DNA of 64,000 nt from Octopus sinensis (GCF_006345805.1 NC_043017.1:9858001-9922000), one strand, 5' to 3'; positions 49,899 through 62,122 are shown, counted from the first letter of the stretch. Numbers and translations: made by a program. Notes: generated from the sequence alone by a model not told the origin.

Positions 49899-50489
49899 CT
49901 GGAAAACAAGAACAAATCAGACATGAAGATGAGACGACACGTGTAAAGGTGTGAGAGTGTGTGCAATGTATGTAGACATCATCCTCGTTTTAATGTCCAC
50001 TTTCCTACGCTTGCATGAGTCAGACAGTTTCCTAATGCAGATTTTCAATGGCTGGATGTCTTTTCTGTCATCAACCCTCACCTGTTTCCAAGCAAGGTTA
50101 TTTTTTCCCCATGGCCAGACATCTTTGGAAATGAATGACACTGCTTGTATGACAGTGGCACTCATTTACATCTATCATGCAATGGCAAGAAAAGGAGGGA
50201 CACACACACACACACACACAGTTTATTCTTCAATAAAAATATTGTTGACAGTGGCTTCAAAGTTTTAGCCAATTAAGCTATCATCAGACTGCAGTCCGAC
50301 CATGGCTTAACTGGCTGGAACTTCGCAGTCACTGTCAGCAATATTTTTGTTTAAAAATAAATTTGTTTTCTACAGATTAAAGTAAAATTGCATCAATCTG
50401 TGCCATGCAGCTTCACTCTCCATGCTTTAGCTTTGTTACTATGGCAACAGTCCAGATACTTATTAATCAGAAATTGACTAACCACACAT

Positions 50490-50523
<34 letters not shown>

Positions 50524-51071
50524 TGGAAGGTTTGGAGATGATGTACAGGTATTTTATATTAGAAGAAATGAGGTACTCAAAAAATCGGATGGTTTATATT
50601 TACAGATATTTATTTGTATATTACATTTTTTATATATCATATATATATATATATACACACGTATACACACGTATATATATATACACACGTATACACACAA
50701 ACACCTACAAGGTTTTGTTTGGTTCAAGGCTATAGAAGTCACTTTCCCACGGTTCCACCCAGTGGAACTGAACCCAAAACCATGTTGTTGGGAGGTAAAC
50801 TTAACACACCCAGATGTGCTTGCATCTAAAGATATTCCACTTTATGCCTTGAGGTTTTTAGCAGCACCATTGAATTGTCAACACTGTTGCACTAACCTGA
50901 CACAGACTGGACACTAATTTTTGCCAGCCCAGTAAACTGGACAACATGAGGCAAAGCATTTTACTCGCAGACAAAATGAACGTGGAACCTTATGATAAGA
51001 ACACCGCTGCCCAATCATTAGGCAACTTGTTGCCTCAGATGTATAAAGACATTTCAAATATCAAGTCTCAC

Positions 51072-51180
51072 CTTGTCCAAAACCTGGACGGTTTCTGTAG
51101 GCCGGTCGAGATATATATACAGCTTCGCTAACTTCAGTAAAGACAGGCTGTCCATGATGTTGATGCAGGAAGAGTATTGT
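51072..51180 (-). CDS. SMYD3: SMYD3-like exon: QYSSCINIMDSLSLLKLAKLYIYLDRPTETVQVLDK
   Basis: ctttaaag| and AAG|gtgaga; LKLAKL corresponds to MKVGKL; phase 2 to 0. Confidence 0.9.
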
Positions 51181-52354
51181 CTTTAAAGAGAAAAGGGAAA
51201 AAAAAAGACAGTTTATTTATTTAACATTACTGAACGTGGCCAATGCCAGTGCCGTCTGACTGGCTCCCGTACATGGTCGATACCAGCCCCCTCACCCTGT
51301 CTGGGTCCTGTGCTGGTGGCACATAAAAAGCACCCACTATAATCCCAGAGTGGTTGGCGTTAAGAAGGGCATTCAGCTGTAGAAACACTGCCAGATCAGA
51401 TTGGAGCCTGAGGCAGCCTCCTGGCTTGCCAGACCCCCTAGTCAAACCATCCAACCCATGCCAGTATAAAAAAACGGACGTTAAACGATGGTGATGATGA
51501 TGATGGTAGCCTCAGAAAGACAATTCTGCAAATTCTTGTAGAGCAATCAGCACAAATGCTTTGTTTATCGTGATCAAACGCATGTGGTGCACATTAGCTT
51601 TGCTCCTTCCATGAAATCAATGTTACCTGAACAGGTGCCGCATGTCAGGTATCAGAGTGAATGTAGAACAACATCAGATGAAGAGTTTTGCTCAAGAACA
51701 TAACACACCACCCAGTCCAGGGATTGAAACCACAATCTTGCTATCATGAATGCAACACCCTAGCCTGTGCCCTTACATTTAGCATTATTATTACAGAGTT
51801 ACAAAAGGTGATGAGCTAGCAGAATTGTTAATATTTTTTTCTACTCTAGGCACAAGGCCCAAAATTTTGGAGGAGTTGGGGGAGGCAGTCAATTAGATTA
51901 ACCCCAGTATGTAACTGGTAATTAATATATCAACCCTGAAAGGATGAAAGGCAAAGTTGACCTAAATTTGAGTCAATTATTATCATCATCCTCATCATCA
52001 TCGTTTAACGTCCGCTTTCCATGCTATAGCATGGGTTGGCCGGTTCAACTGGGGTCTGGGAAGCCTGAAGGCTGCACCAGGCCCAGTCAGATCTGGCAGT
52101 GTTTCAACAGCTGGATGCCCTTCTTAACGCCAACCACTCCGTGAGTGTAGTGGGTGCTTTTTACGTGCCACAGACACAGGTGCCAGACAAGGCTGGCAAA
52201 CGGCCACGCTCGGATGGCGCTTTTTACGTGCCACCGGCACGGAGGCCAGGCGAGGCTGGCAGCGGCCACGATCGGATGGTGTTTGTTACATGCCACCAGC
52301 ACGAAGATTCTATTATGAAGAAGAGAAAGCAGAGGAAAGAAAGCTTTAACTTAC

Positions 52355-52532
52355 GGCACTTGTTTTAAGACCTTCTCGCTGTAAACTGCTGCTTTCTCCC
52401 ATAACTGCAGGGAAATGCAAGCGTCTTTGGCAATTGCCATTGTACTGACAATATTCAAATTAGATTCATGGAATAAACTATTTTCAACTTTCTTCAAGTT
52501 TTCTTCAGCAGAGTCTAAGGCATTTTGGATTT
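52355..52532 (-). CDS. SMYD3: SMYD3-like exon, TPR-like C-terminal domain: IQNALDSAEENLKKVENSLFHESNLNIVSTMAIAKDACISLQLWEKAAVYSEKVLKQV
   Basis: (ct)n-ccag| and CC|gtaagt; DACIxLxxWExA matches SMYD3 DACINLGLLEEA. Confidence 0.92.
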
Positions 52533-52942
52533 CTGGAGAGAGAGAGAGAGAGAATTTTAAAAATATAATTTTTTATTTCTTGTTTTGAGAAGGTTATTTC
52601 TGTGAACAAAAAACTAGTTGTATGATGTATATGTTGGTGGTGCAGTATGATGGGACAATAGGAGCAGCAGAGGTGGGATGTGTTGTGTAATGCGAGGGGA
52701 GTCATAGATGAGATATTGTGTGTCATTGATGTCATCATCATCATTGTTGTTTCAATGTTCACTTTCCTCTGCTCACATAAAATGGATGTAATTTGTTGAG
52801 GCAGATTTTCTAAGGCCAGATATCCTTCCTGTCACCATCCCTCACCTGTTTCGAAGTAAGGTAATATTTTCCCATAACAAGACATGTTTACCTTGGAAGA
52901 CAGGAAATGAAGGGCACAGCTAGCACGACAATGACACTCATT

Positions 52943-53145
52943 GGGCATTTTCCGTCCGGGTTGCGGATCTGTGGAATAAGCTGCCGGACGAGATAGTGAA
53001 GATGCCGACGACCGCTCGGTTCAAAGTCTCCCTTGACCACAAATGGCCTGAACTCTTTGTATGAACACCACCCTGTACATACCTCTCCATGTCCCCCCTA
53101 CATGGCCTTGCTTTTTGCTTTTTGAGCCAAAAAATTAACTTAACT
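52943..53145 (+). mobile_element. Young CR1/L2-group LINE 3' end with (TTAAC)n tail
   Basis: AFSVRVADLWNKLPDEIVKMPTTARFKVSLDHKW. Confidence 0.85.
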
Positions 53146-53374
53146 ATTTAAAACTATCACATGATGCCAAGTCAAGGAGACACCAACTCAAACACACACA
53201 TAAAGTTGTTTCAGTTTCCATCAACCAAATCCACAAGGCTTTGGTTGGCCCAGAACTATAGTAGAAAGCATTACACAGTGGAACCTCAGTTTATGATTCT
53301 GTTGTTAAACCTAAATAAATCTTGGAATTAAATGGTTTTGATTTACTGTCAGGTGATTTTCGGCCAACCTTGTG

Positions 53375-53700
53375 TTAAGTTAAGTTAAGTTAATTTTTTG
53401 GCTCAAAAAGCGAAAAGCAAGGCCATGTAGGGGGACATGGAGTTATGTACAGGAAGGGTATTCATGCAAAGAGTTCAGGCCATTTCTGGTCAAGAGAGAC
53501 TTTGAACCGAGCGGTCGTCGGCATCTTCACTATCTCGTCCGGCAGCTTATTCCACAGATCCGCAACCGGGACGGAGAAAGCCCCTCTCCTTCGATTGAGA
53601 TGAAATCGTTGCAGATAGAGCTTTTCGGAGTGACCCCGCAGCCAACGCTCTGGAGCAGGAGTGAAGAACAGCTCTTTCGAGAGGTTACACTTTCCGCTTA
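53375..53700 (-). mobile_element. Second copy of the same CR1-like 3' end, inverted and longer
   Basis: Reverse complement of 52943-53145 with scattered substitutions. Confidence 0.85.
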
Positions 53701-54013
53701 TGATATTGTGTGAGTGTATGCGTGTGTGTCTTCGTATGTATGTGTGTGTACTGTTGTCTAAATATCATGTGATGGTTTTAAATGAACATCATCATCATCA
53801 TATAAACAAGGTTGTTTGTTTCCAATCTTCCATGAAAAACAAGTGGTGCTCACCAAAGAGTTTGTCCAACAGACACAACTATGTTTTCAAGAATTGTCCA
53901 ATGAGATCCAGCAGGGCACAATGTTTGGCAGTGGTGATAAAGTGATTGTCAAGAAAGGAATGGTAAGTGATGAGGAACGATAGTTAGAGACAACAAATAA
54001 TGGAAATACTGAC

Positions 54014-54154
54014 CTCCACTCTCAAACATCTTATTTAAATCCTTTACAAATTTCCTGGTTTCCATCCACAACTGGCAAACCTCATCAACATATTCAGTAG
54101 GGAATTCCATCACTTTACACTTCACACAGGGCCACAACTGACAGTAGCCATCAT
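54014..54154 (-). CDS. SMYD3: SMYD3-like exon: DGYCQLWPCVKCKVMEFPTEYVDEVCQLWMETRKFVKDLNKMFESG
   Basis: ctttcag| and G|gtcagt; phase 1 to 1, open frame. Confidence 0.85.
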
Positions 54155-54204
54155 CTGAAAGAAAGCATTTGAGGAATCTTATAGAAAAACTGTGATGTTT
54201 AAGA

Positions 54205-54600
54205 TAATAAACTTTACTTAAGCTCTTTGCTCCTTATGGAGCAGAATGCATCAATGACATTTCTCCACTGTTTGCGACTCTGGGCAGTTGGATCCCTACT
54301 TTTACAGTACCCCATCTTCCTGAAGGAAGGCCTTCCGCTTCCAAGTCTTGGTGGTTTTAGATTGCCATCGAGGTTCTGTAACTTTGTTTTTGCCTCTCTA
54401 GGTAGCAAAGTTGGCCATATGTAAGCCCATTTTTACCTCTGGGAAGAGGTGGTCCATATTAGTTTAGCCCCTGTCCTTTGACCTGTCCAGCAAAGGAGGA
54501 GGATCTACCAGGGGCTTGCACTCCCCTGGCATAGCTCTCAGGGGACATCAATGCATACAAGCCACCTCAGTGCAACAAAGACTGCACCTTGTGGTGAAAT
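54205..54600 (-). mobile_element. Internally deleted RTE element (5' UTR joined to 3' end)
   Basis: Leader motif GAGAGCTATGCC...GGACAGGTCAAAGG..GGGGCTA, then DPTAQSRKQWRNVIDAFCSIRSKELK* typical of RTE C-termini. Confidence 0.65.
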
Positions 54601-54773
54601 GTTATAAATTACAAAAATCTAATTATTTACACAAATGCTGTCACCCTTAACTGCTTCAAACTCATGTCTTATAGGTTCCCTTTTTCTAATTCCATCCATT
54701 TATCTTTTCTACTCACAGACATGACCAACTGAGACTGTGGATAATGTCCAACAAACTCATTCTTGGTCTATCC

Positions 54774-55016
54774 CTAGGGGTCTTGTTGGTTGGCTTGGAC
54801 TTGAAGAATCCCTTTTGTGATTATTTCCTGTGACATTCTAAGCACTTGTCCATAATACCAGAGGTGTGACCTCTCAATGTGGAGCAGTGGTGGTTCAACC
54901 GAAAGGGACTCCCTGATCTCTGATCTATGCACTTTGTCAAGTAGCATTACTCGAGAGATCCTTTGAAGGATCCCCATTTCAGATGCTCGTATTCCTGATC
55001 GTAATCTTTTGGTCAT
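54774..55016 (-). mobile_element. RTE (Expander/Rex3-like) C-terminal fragment
   Basis: RSGIRASEMGILQRISRVMLLDKVHRSEIRESLSVEPPLLHIERSHLWYYGQVLRM. Confidence 0.85.
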
Positions 55017-55174
55017 TAAACAACATTTACAATCATATAGGTATGGACCAAGATGAAAACTGAGCAGAAGATAGCAAATTTATCTTTTTTTTTTTATATA
55101 CCAACCTCCCCTCTGGAAAGGAACAAATGCTGAAGATGGTGCCAGCAGCTGTAAATTTAGCATTAATTACTTAC

Positions 55175-55247
55175 TGTTAATTTCTTTAATCCCAGTAAAT
55201 CCATCACAGTTAGCCATAAAACACTTCACACTGGTCATTTGTTTATC
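55175..55247 (-). CDS. SMYD3: SMYD3-like exon: DKQMTSVKCFMANCDGFTGIKEIN
   Basis: ttttatag| and A|gtaagt; supplies the phase 0 to 1 link the flanking exons require. Confidence 0.85.
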
Positions 55248-55375
55248 CTATAAAAGAAAGTAGAAGCAAATTATATGCAAATACATGTATAGGTACAGGG
55301 GTGGTGGCTGTGTGGTTAAGAAGCTCACTTTGCAAGAAAAGAAAACCCCTAAGGCTATGAAAACAAAGTATTTAC

Positions 55376-55492
55376 CGTTTGCTCTGCATCTGTGGTACAC
55401 ATGGAACAGAGACATCTGAAATAGTATCGCTGTAGTAATTCTTCTCTCCTTTCCCAGCTGGGGGCATCGTTCTGGATGTAACTGATGAAAAC
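55376..55492 (-). CDS. SMYD3: SMYD3-like exon, catalytic Tyr and post-SET: VFISYIQNDAPSWERREELLQRYYFRCLCSMCTTDAEQT
   Basis: ctttcag| and ACG|gtaaat; ISY...RRxxL..YYFxCxCxxC. Confidence 0.94.
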
Positions 55493-55528
55493 CTGAAAGA
55501 AAGGAACAGCAAATACTGAAATATATTT

Positions 55529-55759
55529 ATTTCTTTATTACCCACAAGGGGCTAAACACAGAGGGGACAAACAAGGACAGACAACGGGATTAAGTCGATT
55601 ACATCGACCCCAGTGCGTTACTGGTACTCAATTTATCGACCCCGAAAGGATGAAAGGCAAAGTCGACCTCGGCGGAATTTGAACTCAGAACGTAGCGGCA
55701 GACGAAATACCACAAAGCATTTCGCCCGGCGTGCTAACGTTTCTGCCAGCTCGCCGCCT
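55529..55759 (-). mobile_element. Monomeric young family A SINE
   Basis: Near-consensus sequence; flanked by direct repeat AATATATT. Confidence 0.9.
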
Positions 55760-56355
55760 TAATATATTGTTTGGGCCAAACATCTGTGGTGTCTGTGTAT
55801 ATAAACATGTACGTAGTGTGCAAATATTTTTTTGTGCGTCTGTCTGTGCATGTATGGGTATATGGGTATCTGTATGTGTGTGGACGTGAGCATGAAGGTA
55901 GGTGTGTGAACGAGTGTGTCTAAGTCAGTGTGCACCAAATCAAAGATCTGTCGTGTATTTACCGATGTATGAGTAAATATATATCTGTATGTGTGTGTGA
56001 ATGAATGCATCTATGTAGGTGTCTGTTGTATGAGTTAGTGTGTTCATGTTATGCATAAGCATACGTGTGTGTATGTGTGTGTATCTAATAAACAAAGATG
56101 ACTCCAAAGATTGCACCCCCTTGAATGAAAATAGATGAGACCTTTCGTTCTGGTTCAATTAAGCACACAACACGCAACAGTGGCTACGTCTTGTTCAAGG
56201 GGAATAACTTAGAGAAGAGCAGAAGTTGTATGTGGGTGTGCATGAATCCTTTCTACTGGAAGCACAAGGCCTCCAGTAAAAGATGACAATGATAAAATGA
56301 GGAGAAAAAGAAAAGACAGCAGAAAAATAGTAAAACAGAAATACAAGTTGTATAC

Positions 56356-56464
56356 CTGATTAGGTAATGGTTGTGTTATTGGCTCCAGGGCCCTGATGGC
56401 AAGTTTTGTGCCACTAAAGCTTACAATAGCATTAGGACAACATTGGTGATCCAAATACGATGCC
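56356..56464 (-). CDS. SMYD3: SMYD3-like exon, SET signature: ASYLDHQCCPNAIVSFSGTKLAIRALEPITQPLPNQ
   Basis: tttccag| and CAG|gtatac; (N/D)HxCxPN...LxIRA motif. Confidence 0.94.
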
Positions 56465-57529
56465 CTGGAAACAAGTAAATCATATGATTAGCTATCGATT
56501 TAAACCAACCATACCTGGCCCAAATATTTTACCTGGTCTATGTTCAAACTGGCAGATCCAGTTTTTCACGTCTAACTCTTACAACAGCAATTCAAAAATA
56601 AACAATTACATCATTGAAATCTCAAAGCTAAGAGATAATGCATGATTAATTCAAAGCAATGTGAATATTTAAGCATTGCATTTGACAGAGAAATCTAAAT
56701 GCTAAATGGTTAATATAAATATTCATGATACAGATATTTGTAGGAAGATCTTTAAGCAATGCAGTTGAGAAAACACCAGTAACATTTTTTCTCTAATCTC
56801 TTGGATTATTTTGTAGCTTATATTTTATAAAGGGAAGCTTTCCCGAAATATAATAGAAGCATTATTAAACAACCTATGTAGGATGATATCATATTTTGCC
56901 TAACTTCTCACCTAAATTGCTTCAAGGTTTTCTTAAAAAAATTACTTATACCATTTACACATTGCAATGTTTCAAACAAATGACAGTACTCCATCCTGGA
57001 CATTATTGTCTGGAGTTCTAGAACTCATAATGCAGGTTCCCTGGTTCCTATGGCATACAAGTGACCAAAATCACAACATTTCCCTTAAACAGGATGACAG
57101 TCCGTCACAAGGGGTGACCCAATTACAGCTGAGTAGACTGGACCAACATGAAATAAAGCGTTTTTGCTCAAGAACACAAAGTGCTGAATGGTCCAGGAAT
57201 TGAAACCACAATCTTGTGATTGTGAGTGTACCACTCTAACCACTAGGCCACACAGTCTCACTTTAACAAATATCCATGGTTTTAATATAAAATACAATTA
57301 AATGGCTCGTTAATATGGCTCTATGGGTCCTAAATTAATGAGATAAATCAGAGAGAAATTCCTGATGCAGTTGCTAGACGTGCAAAATTCAGCAGTCAAA
57401 TCTCCCACAAATCACTGCGTTAAAAAGAAAAAAGGACACAGTGGATGATGCAGTCCCAAACAACCTGAGAAAAAGACTGGTTGGTCACAACTGGAATACT
57501 TTTGATCAAAGATTTGCCTCAATCAGGAA

Positions 57530-58192
57530 TGACTCAGGGTTAAATAAATAGCAGTGATGATGATGATGATGATAATAGAGGGGAGATGATAAAAATGGTG
57601 TAGAAATGATGAGGACGATAATATTGGTGGTAGTAATGTTGTTGTTGTTGATGATGATGATGGTGGTGATTCAAAGAGTGGAGATGATAAAGGCATAGAG
57701 ATGATGATGAAGTTGGTGATGGTGATGGTCATGCTGGTGGTATTGATGATGATGCTGATAATAGTGATGGTGATGCAGAGGGAGTGGAGGTGATGGTGGT
57801 GGTGGTGAAGGTGAGTGGCGGTGGTAGCAGGAGAGCAAAATATTTAAGGGGCACTTACAAATCCGAGGGAGGAAGGTTGTTGGTTTATTCCTCCCCTCTC
57901 ACTCACCCACCCACCCCACCCTCATCAACCAGATAAACCCAGTACAAACCAAACAGCCACCAGAAAGAGGTCGGAGGTGATACTCACCCCAGATAAACTC
58001 CAGATCCAATGACATTTTCGTGAAGCTCATCATGGATGCTGTAACTGTTGATGACCATCTGTAAGACAAAAGACACATCGGTTTTAAGGGCCCCAGAAAC
58101 AACAGAAGGCATTAAGGTCAGTAGTAGTGGTAATAGTGGTGGTGGTGATAACAGTAGTAGGACTGATGGTGGTAGTAATAATAATAATGGTG

Positions 58193-58227
<35 letters not shown>

Positions 58228-58245
58228 TCTATTGATATTAGCTCT
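57530..58245. repeat. (GAT)/(GGT)/(AGT) trinucleotide low-complexity tracts flanking an SMYD3 exon
   Basis: Directly visible on both sides of exon 57988-58058. Confidence 0.85.
57988..58058 (-). CDS. SMYD3: SMYD3-like exon: MVINSYSIHDELHENVIGSGVYL(G)
   Basis: cttacag| and GG|gtgagt; equals the VICNSFTI...VGVGLY segment of the SET domain. Confidence 0.92.
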
Positions 58246-58744
58246 CTATAACTTCATGTAATAAAGTGTTCCCTGATAATCCGTTCCAGTTAAGCATCCA
58301 AATACACCTGGAACATCCAATACAGGATTCTGAGCAACCGGATTTGCATACAAGCTTGGGTTTATCTTAATTTTTCATATATATATACATAATGGTATCG
58401 ACCAGGTTATGGGATGTTGTTATACATTGCTGATCACAATGTGCATTAGCTTTTGAATGACACCACCTTGTTGGTTAGGTGAGCAGGCAAACATTACCTC
58501 TGATCGGAAGGATATTCCGAGACAGGGTTACCTATTTAATGACTTCATGTGCTGGAGCAATGTGAAATGAAAGGTTTTGCTCAACAACAGAATGTGTTGC
58601 CCAGTTTGGAAATCAAACCCATGACCTAGCAATTATGAGTGTAACCACCAGACCATGCAGAAAGGGAGAGAGAGAGAGAAGGGGGAAGGGAGAGAGAGAG
58701 AGAGAACCAGAGAATGTGCTTGCTGAGGATCCAGCAATACCTAC

Positions 58745-58875
58745 CTTACCAAAGAACTCCCACAACTGTGGAACTGGTGGCAGAACTTCGCTACCTTCCA
58801 GAACTTTCGATAAAATACTCAGCACATGGGCAAACTGCTTACATCGTAGTTCGTCTTGCTGCATTCTCTCCAAAT
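58745..58875 (-). CDS. SMYD3: SMYD3-like exon: LERMQQDELRCKQFAHVLSILSKVLEGSEVLPPVPQLWEFFGK
   Basis: ccaacag| and AAG|gtaggt; phase 1 to 0 fits its neighbours. Confidence 0.88.
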
Positions 58876-59150
58876 CTGTTGGACAGACAACACAATACAT
58901 GAATTTATTAATGTCTTCTGTTTTACCTGCATTCACCTTACTGTCTGCTAATTGTTTGTCTTCTCATGCACCCCCTAATGTCATCTTGTTACCTCTGAAA
59001 TAAATTAGATGCATGAGAGGCTGTATAGCTAAAGAGCTTGGTTCCCAACTATTTGGTTTTCGGTTTAGTCCCACTGCATGGCATCTTGGGCAGGTGTCAT
59101 CAACTATAGCCCCTGGGTCAACCAATGCCTTGTGAGTAGATTCAGTAGAC

Positions 59151-59556
59151 AGAAACGTTAGCACACCGGGCGAAATGCTTAGCAGTATTTCGTCTGCCGT
59201 CACGTTCCGAGTTCAAATTCCACCGAGGTCGACTTTGCCTTTCATCCTTTCGGGGTCGATAAATTAAGTACCAGTAACGCACTGGGGTCGATATAATCGC
59301 CTTAATCCGTTTGTCTGTCCTTGTTTGTCCCTTCTGTGTTTAGCCCCTTGTGGGTAGTAAAGAAATAGGTATTTCGTCTGCCATTACATTCTGAGTTCAA
59401 ATTCCGCCGAGGTCGACTTTGCCTTTCATCCTTTCGGGGTCAATAAATTAAGTACCAGTTACTCACTGGGGTTGATGTAATCAACTTAATCCATTTGTCT
59501 GTCCTTATTTGTCCCCTCTATGTTTAGCCCCTTGTGGGCAATAAAGAAATAAGAAA
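59151..59556 (+). mobile_element. 5'-truncated dimeric family A SINE inserted into a family B SINE
   Basis: Interrupts GTAGACAGAAAC|TGAAAG of family B; AGAAAC is duplicated; two tandem units. Confidence 0.88.
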
Positions 59557-59950
59557 CTGAAAGCCTGCATAGACACATGTATGCATGCATATACATACAT
59601 ACATATATATATCATCATCATTTAATGTCTACCTTCCATGCTGGCATGGGTGGGACATATATATACACATATGTATGTATTTATAGATCTCTTGGAGACA
59701 GGTGAGGGTTAGCAACAGGAAGAGCATCAAGCCATAGAAAGTCTGCTGCAACAAATTCTGTCCAATTCATGTCAGCACAGAAAAGTGGACTTTAAATGAT
59801 GACTACATGATATCAAGACAAGGATACACACAAACACATACATATATGTGTATATAAGACAGGCTTCTTTCACACACACACACACATACTCACTGCTTAT
59901 GAAATACTGGGAGGAATAAATAATGAAAACAAAGAGAAAACCAGTCTTAC

Positions 59951-60020
59951 GTGACATCAGGTCTGAGAACGAACGCTTCCAGTAAGGGTCTGTGCTAATC
60001 ATTTTAGTGTGATCACCATT
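59951..60020 (-). CDS. SMYD3: SMYD3-like exon: NGDHTKMISTDPYWKRSFSDLMS(H)
   Basis: ctcttcag| and C|gtaaga; corresponds to SFxDLxS of SMYD proteins; phase 0 to 1. Confidence 0.9.
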
Positions 60021-60825
60021 CTGAAGAGAAAGGAAATTCGGAATATAAGCATATGCCAGCATGGAAGACAAACAGTAAATGATGATGACATCCATGTGTG
60101 TATATACACATGCACATATATATGCGCGTGCATATATACCATACATATATATATATATATATATATATCTAATTTAATATATATATATATATATATATAT
60201 ACACTCTTGGAGTGGTTGGCATTAGGAAGGGCAACCAGCTGTAGAAACATTGCCAGATCAGATTGGAGCCTGGTGCAGCCTTCTGGCTTGCCAGTCCTCA
60301 GTCAAACCGTCTAACTCATGCCAGCATGGAAAGCAGACGTTAAACGATGATGATGATGATGATAATGATATATATATATATATAGACAGATAAAGAGAGT
60401 CTTTGAAAAGGTTTATTTATATTTATTTAACCAGTTTCACAATTTCCTGATTTTCAAAAGTAGTGTTAAATAGAAGAAGGTGGAGGTAAGCTGTATTTGC
60501 CTTGGTTTTGACTGAAGTTTGATAATTTGCTCCTTTTTAATGAAAGATTATGATTTACATTGCTATCAGTGGAAGCTCATTTTGATTGGTTGAAGCTGGT
60601 CATAAGGTAAGAAGGTCATGTGACTGCATGAATAATAATTGCACCAATAGTTAAGGCTGAATCAGTCGAGTGGATGCATCATGCCATACATAGACTGGAT
60701 TACAATTGTGTATTTGGTCACTTGACTATATGGACATAATTCCACTAAAGAGAAGGCTGTGCCATGCGATAAAATGAACAACAGTTTGTCAGAAGAGCAA
60801 AAAATGGAGAAATAGCTTACTTATA

Positions 60826-61032
60826 TCAGGGGATGCAGAAAAGTTCCTGGCTTTGGGTAAAAGAAAGTACAGTTAATTATGATTTTATTCAAAATATACT
60901 CCTCTTAAATTCACACACTTATTGCAGTGGTCCTTCAGTTTTTCTAAGCTCTGTAAAAGAACTTGGAAGGTTGAGCCTTCAACCAGGCCTTTCACGATAC
61001 TTTTAAAGCCAAGAACTTTTCAACACCCCGTC
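60826..61032. mobile_element. mariner-type MITE
   Basis: Imperfect TIR GGGGATGCAGAAAAGTTCCTGGCTTT / AAAGCCAAGAACTTTTTCAACACCCC. Confidence 0.72.
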
Positions 61033-61216
61033 ATGGAAACTATGCGAAAGCTGACATTGGAACATGATGATGTGGACAATGCCAGTAACATGTAAAAGGC
61101 ACCCAGTACACTCCTGTAAAGTGGTTGGCATTAGGAAGGGCATCCAGCTGTAGAAACCATGCCAAAACAGATTGGAACCTGGTGCAGCTTTCCAGTTCCA
61201 GTGAAACCATCTAACC

Positions 61217-61514
61217 CAGGGTTACTCAACCAGTTTTTGTTTATGGATCCCTTTAATTACTACTTTATTCTGATAGATCCCCATAGCCGTTCAATATTTA
61301 AAAACTAGTTTTATAGAAACTTCTCTCAAACCTCCTCTTTTGTTTTTCACACATTAACTTGTGTAGGTTGAACTAAGTAAAATGTTACTGAAAGAAACCC
61401 AGCTGTTTCTTACAATACATACCAATACATACATCTAAAGCAAAATTTTTCCAGGGCCCCTTAAAATATTGTGGACCCCCAAAAATCTTATATGGACCTT
61501 GTTGAGACCCACTC
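61217..61514. mobile_element. hAT MITE nested in a family C SINE
   Basis: 8-bp TSD ATCTAACC at 61209-61216 and 61515-61522; degenerate CAG..CTCAAC TIRs. Confidence 0.85.
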
Positions 61515-62122
61515 ATCTAACCCATGTCAGCATGGAGAATGGATGCTAAATGATGATGATGAGGAGGAGATAAGCCCAGTTTGCACATGCCGAGTGAGGG
61601 CTGGCTTGGCACAAGACAACAACAACAGCTGTGGATGCGCAATGGCCCAGTGGTCAGGGCAGCAGACTCGCGGTTGTAAGAACACAGTTTCGATTCCCAG
61701 ACCGAGGCTCCAGCAGGGAAGGATGGTGAACCCCACTGTACTCTTTCACCACAACTTTCTCTCACTCTTTCTTCCTACTTCTGACACAAAGCAGAGGAAC
61801 CATGGTGTAACCCACTATGGTGTGGTAAACTTTCAGACCCTAGTCTAGATTGCAAATCCTCTGTACCCCAGGATGGTTCAGCTCTCCACCCGTTAAAAGC
61901 CACCATTAACAGAATGAGGATAACAATGTAGCTTTCATGCCCATGCAACCGCCAATCTATCGCATGTGGTGGATGGATCTTCAAGTTGCCACACGCATTC
62001 TTAGTAGCTTAAAGTAGGCTCGAATTAGAGATTATTCTTTGTGGCTAATGGCGCGAGTCCTGATTGGAAGAAGAAGAAGACAACAACAGCTAGCAGACAA
62101 ACAAACAATAGAAACATACTAC

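Noticed and set aside
55482-55500. CTGATGA...GAAA hammerhead-like core
   Set aside because: It is the antisense of an SMYD3 exon and acceptor; no flanking stems.
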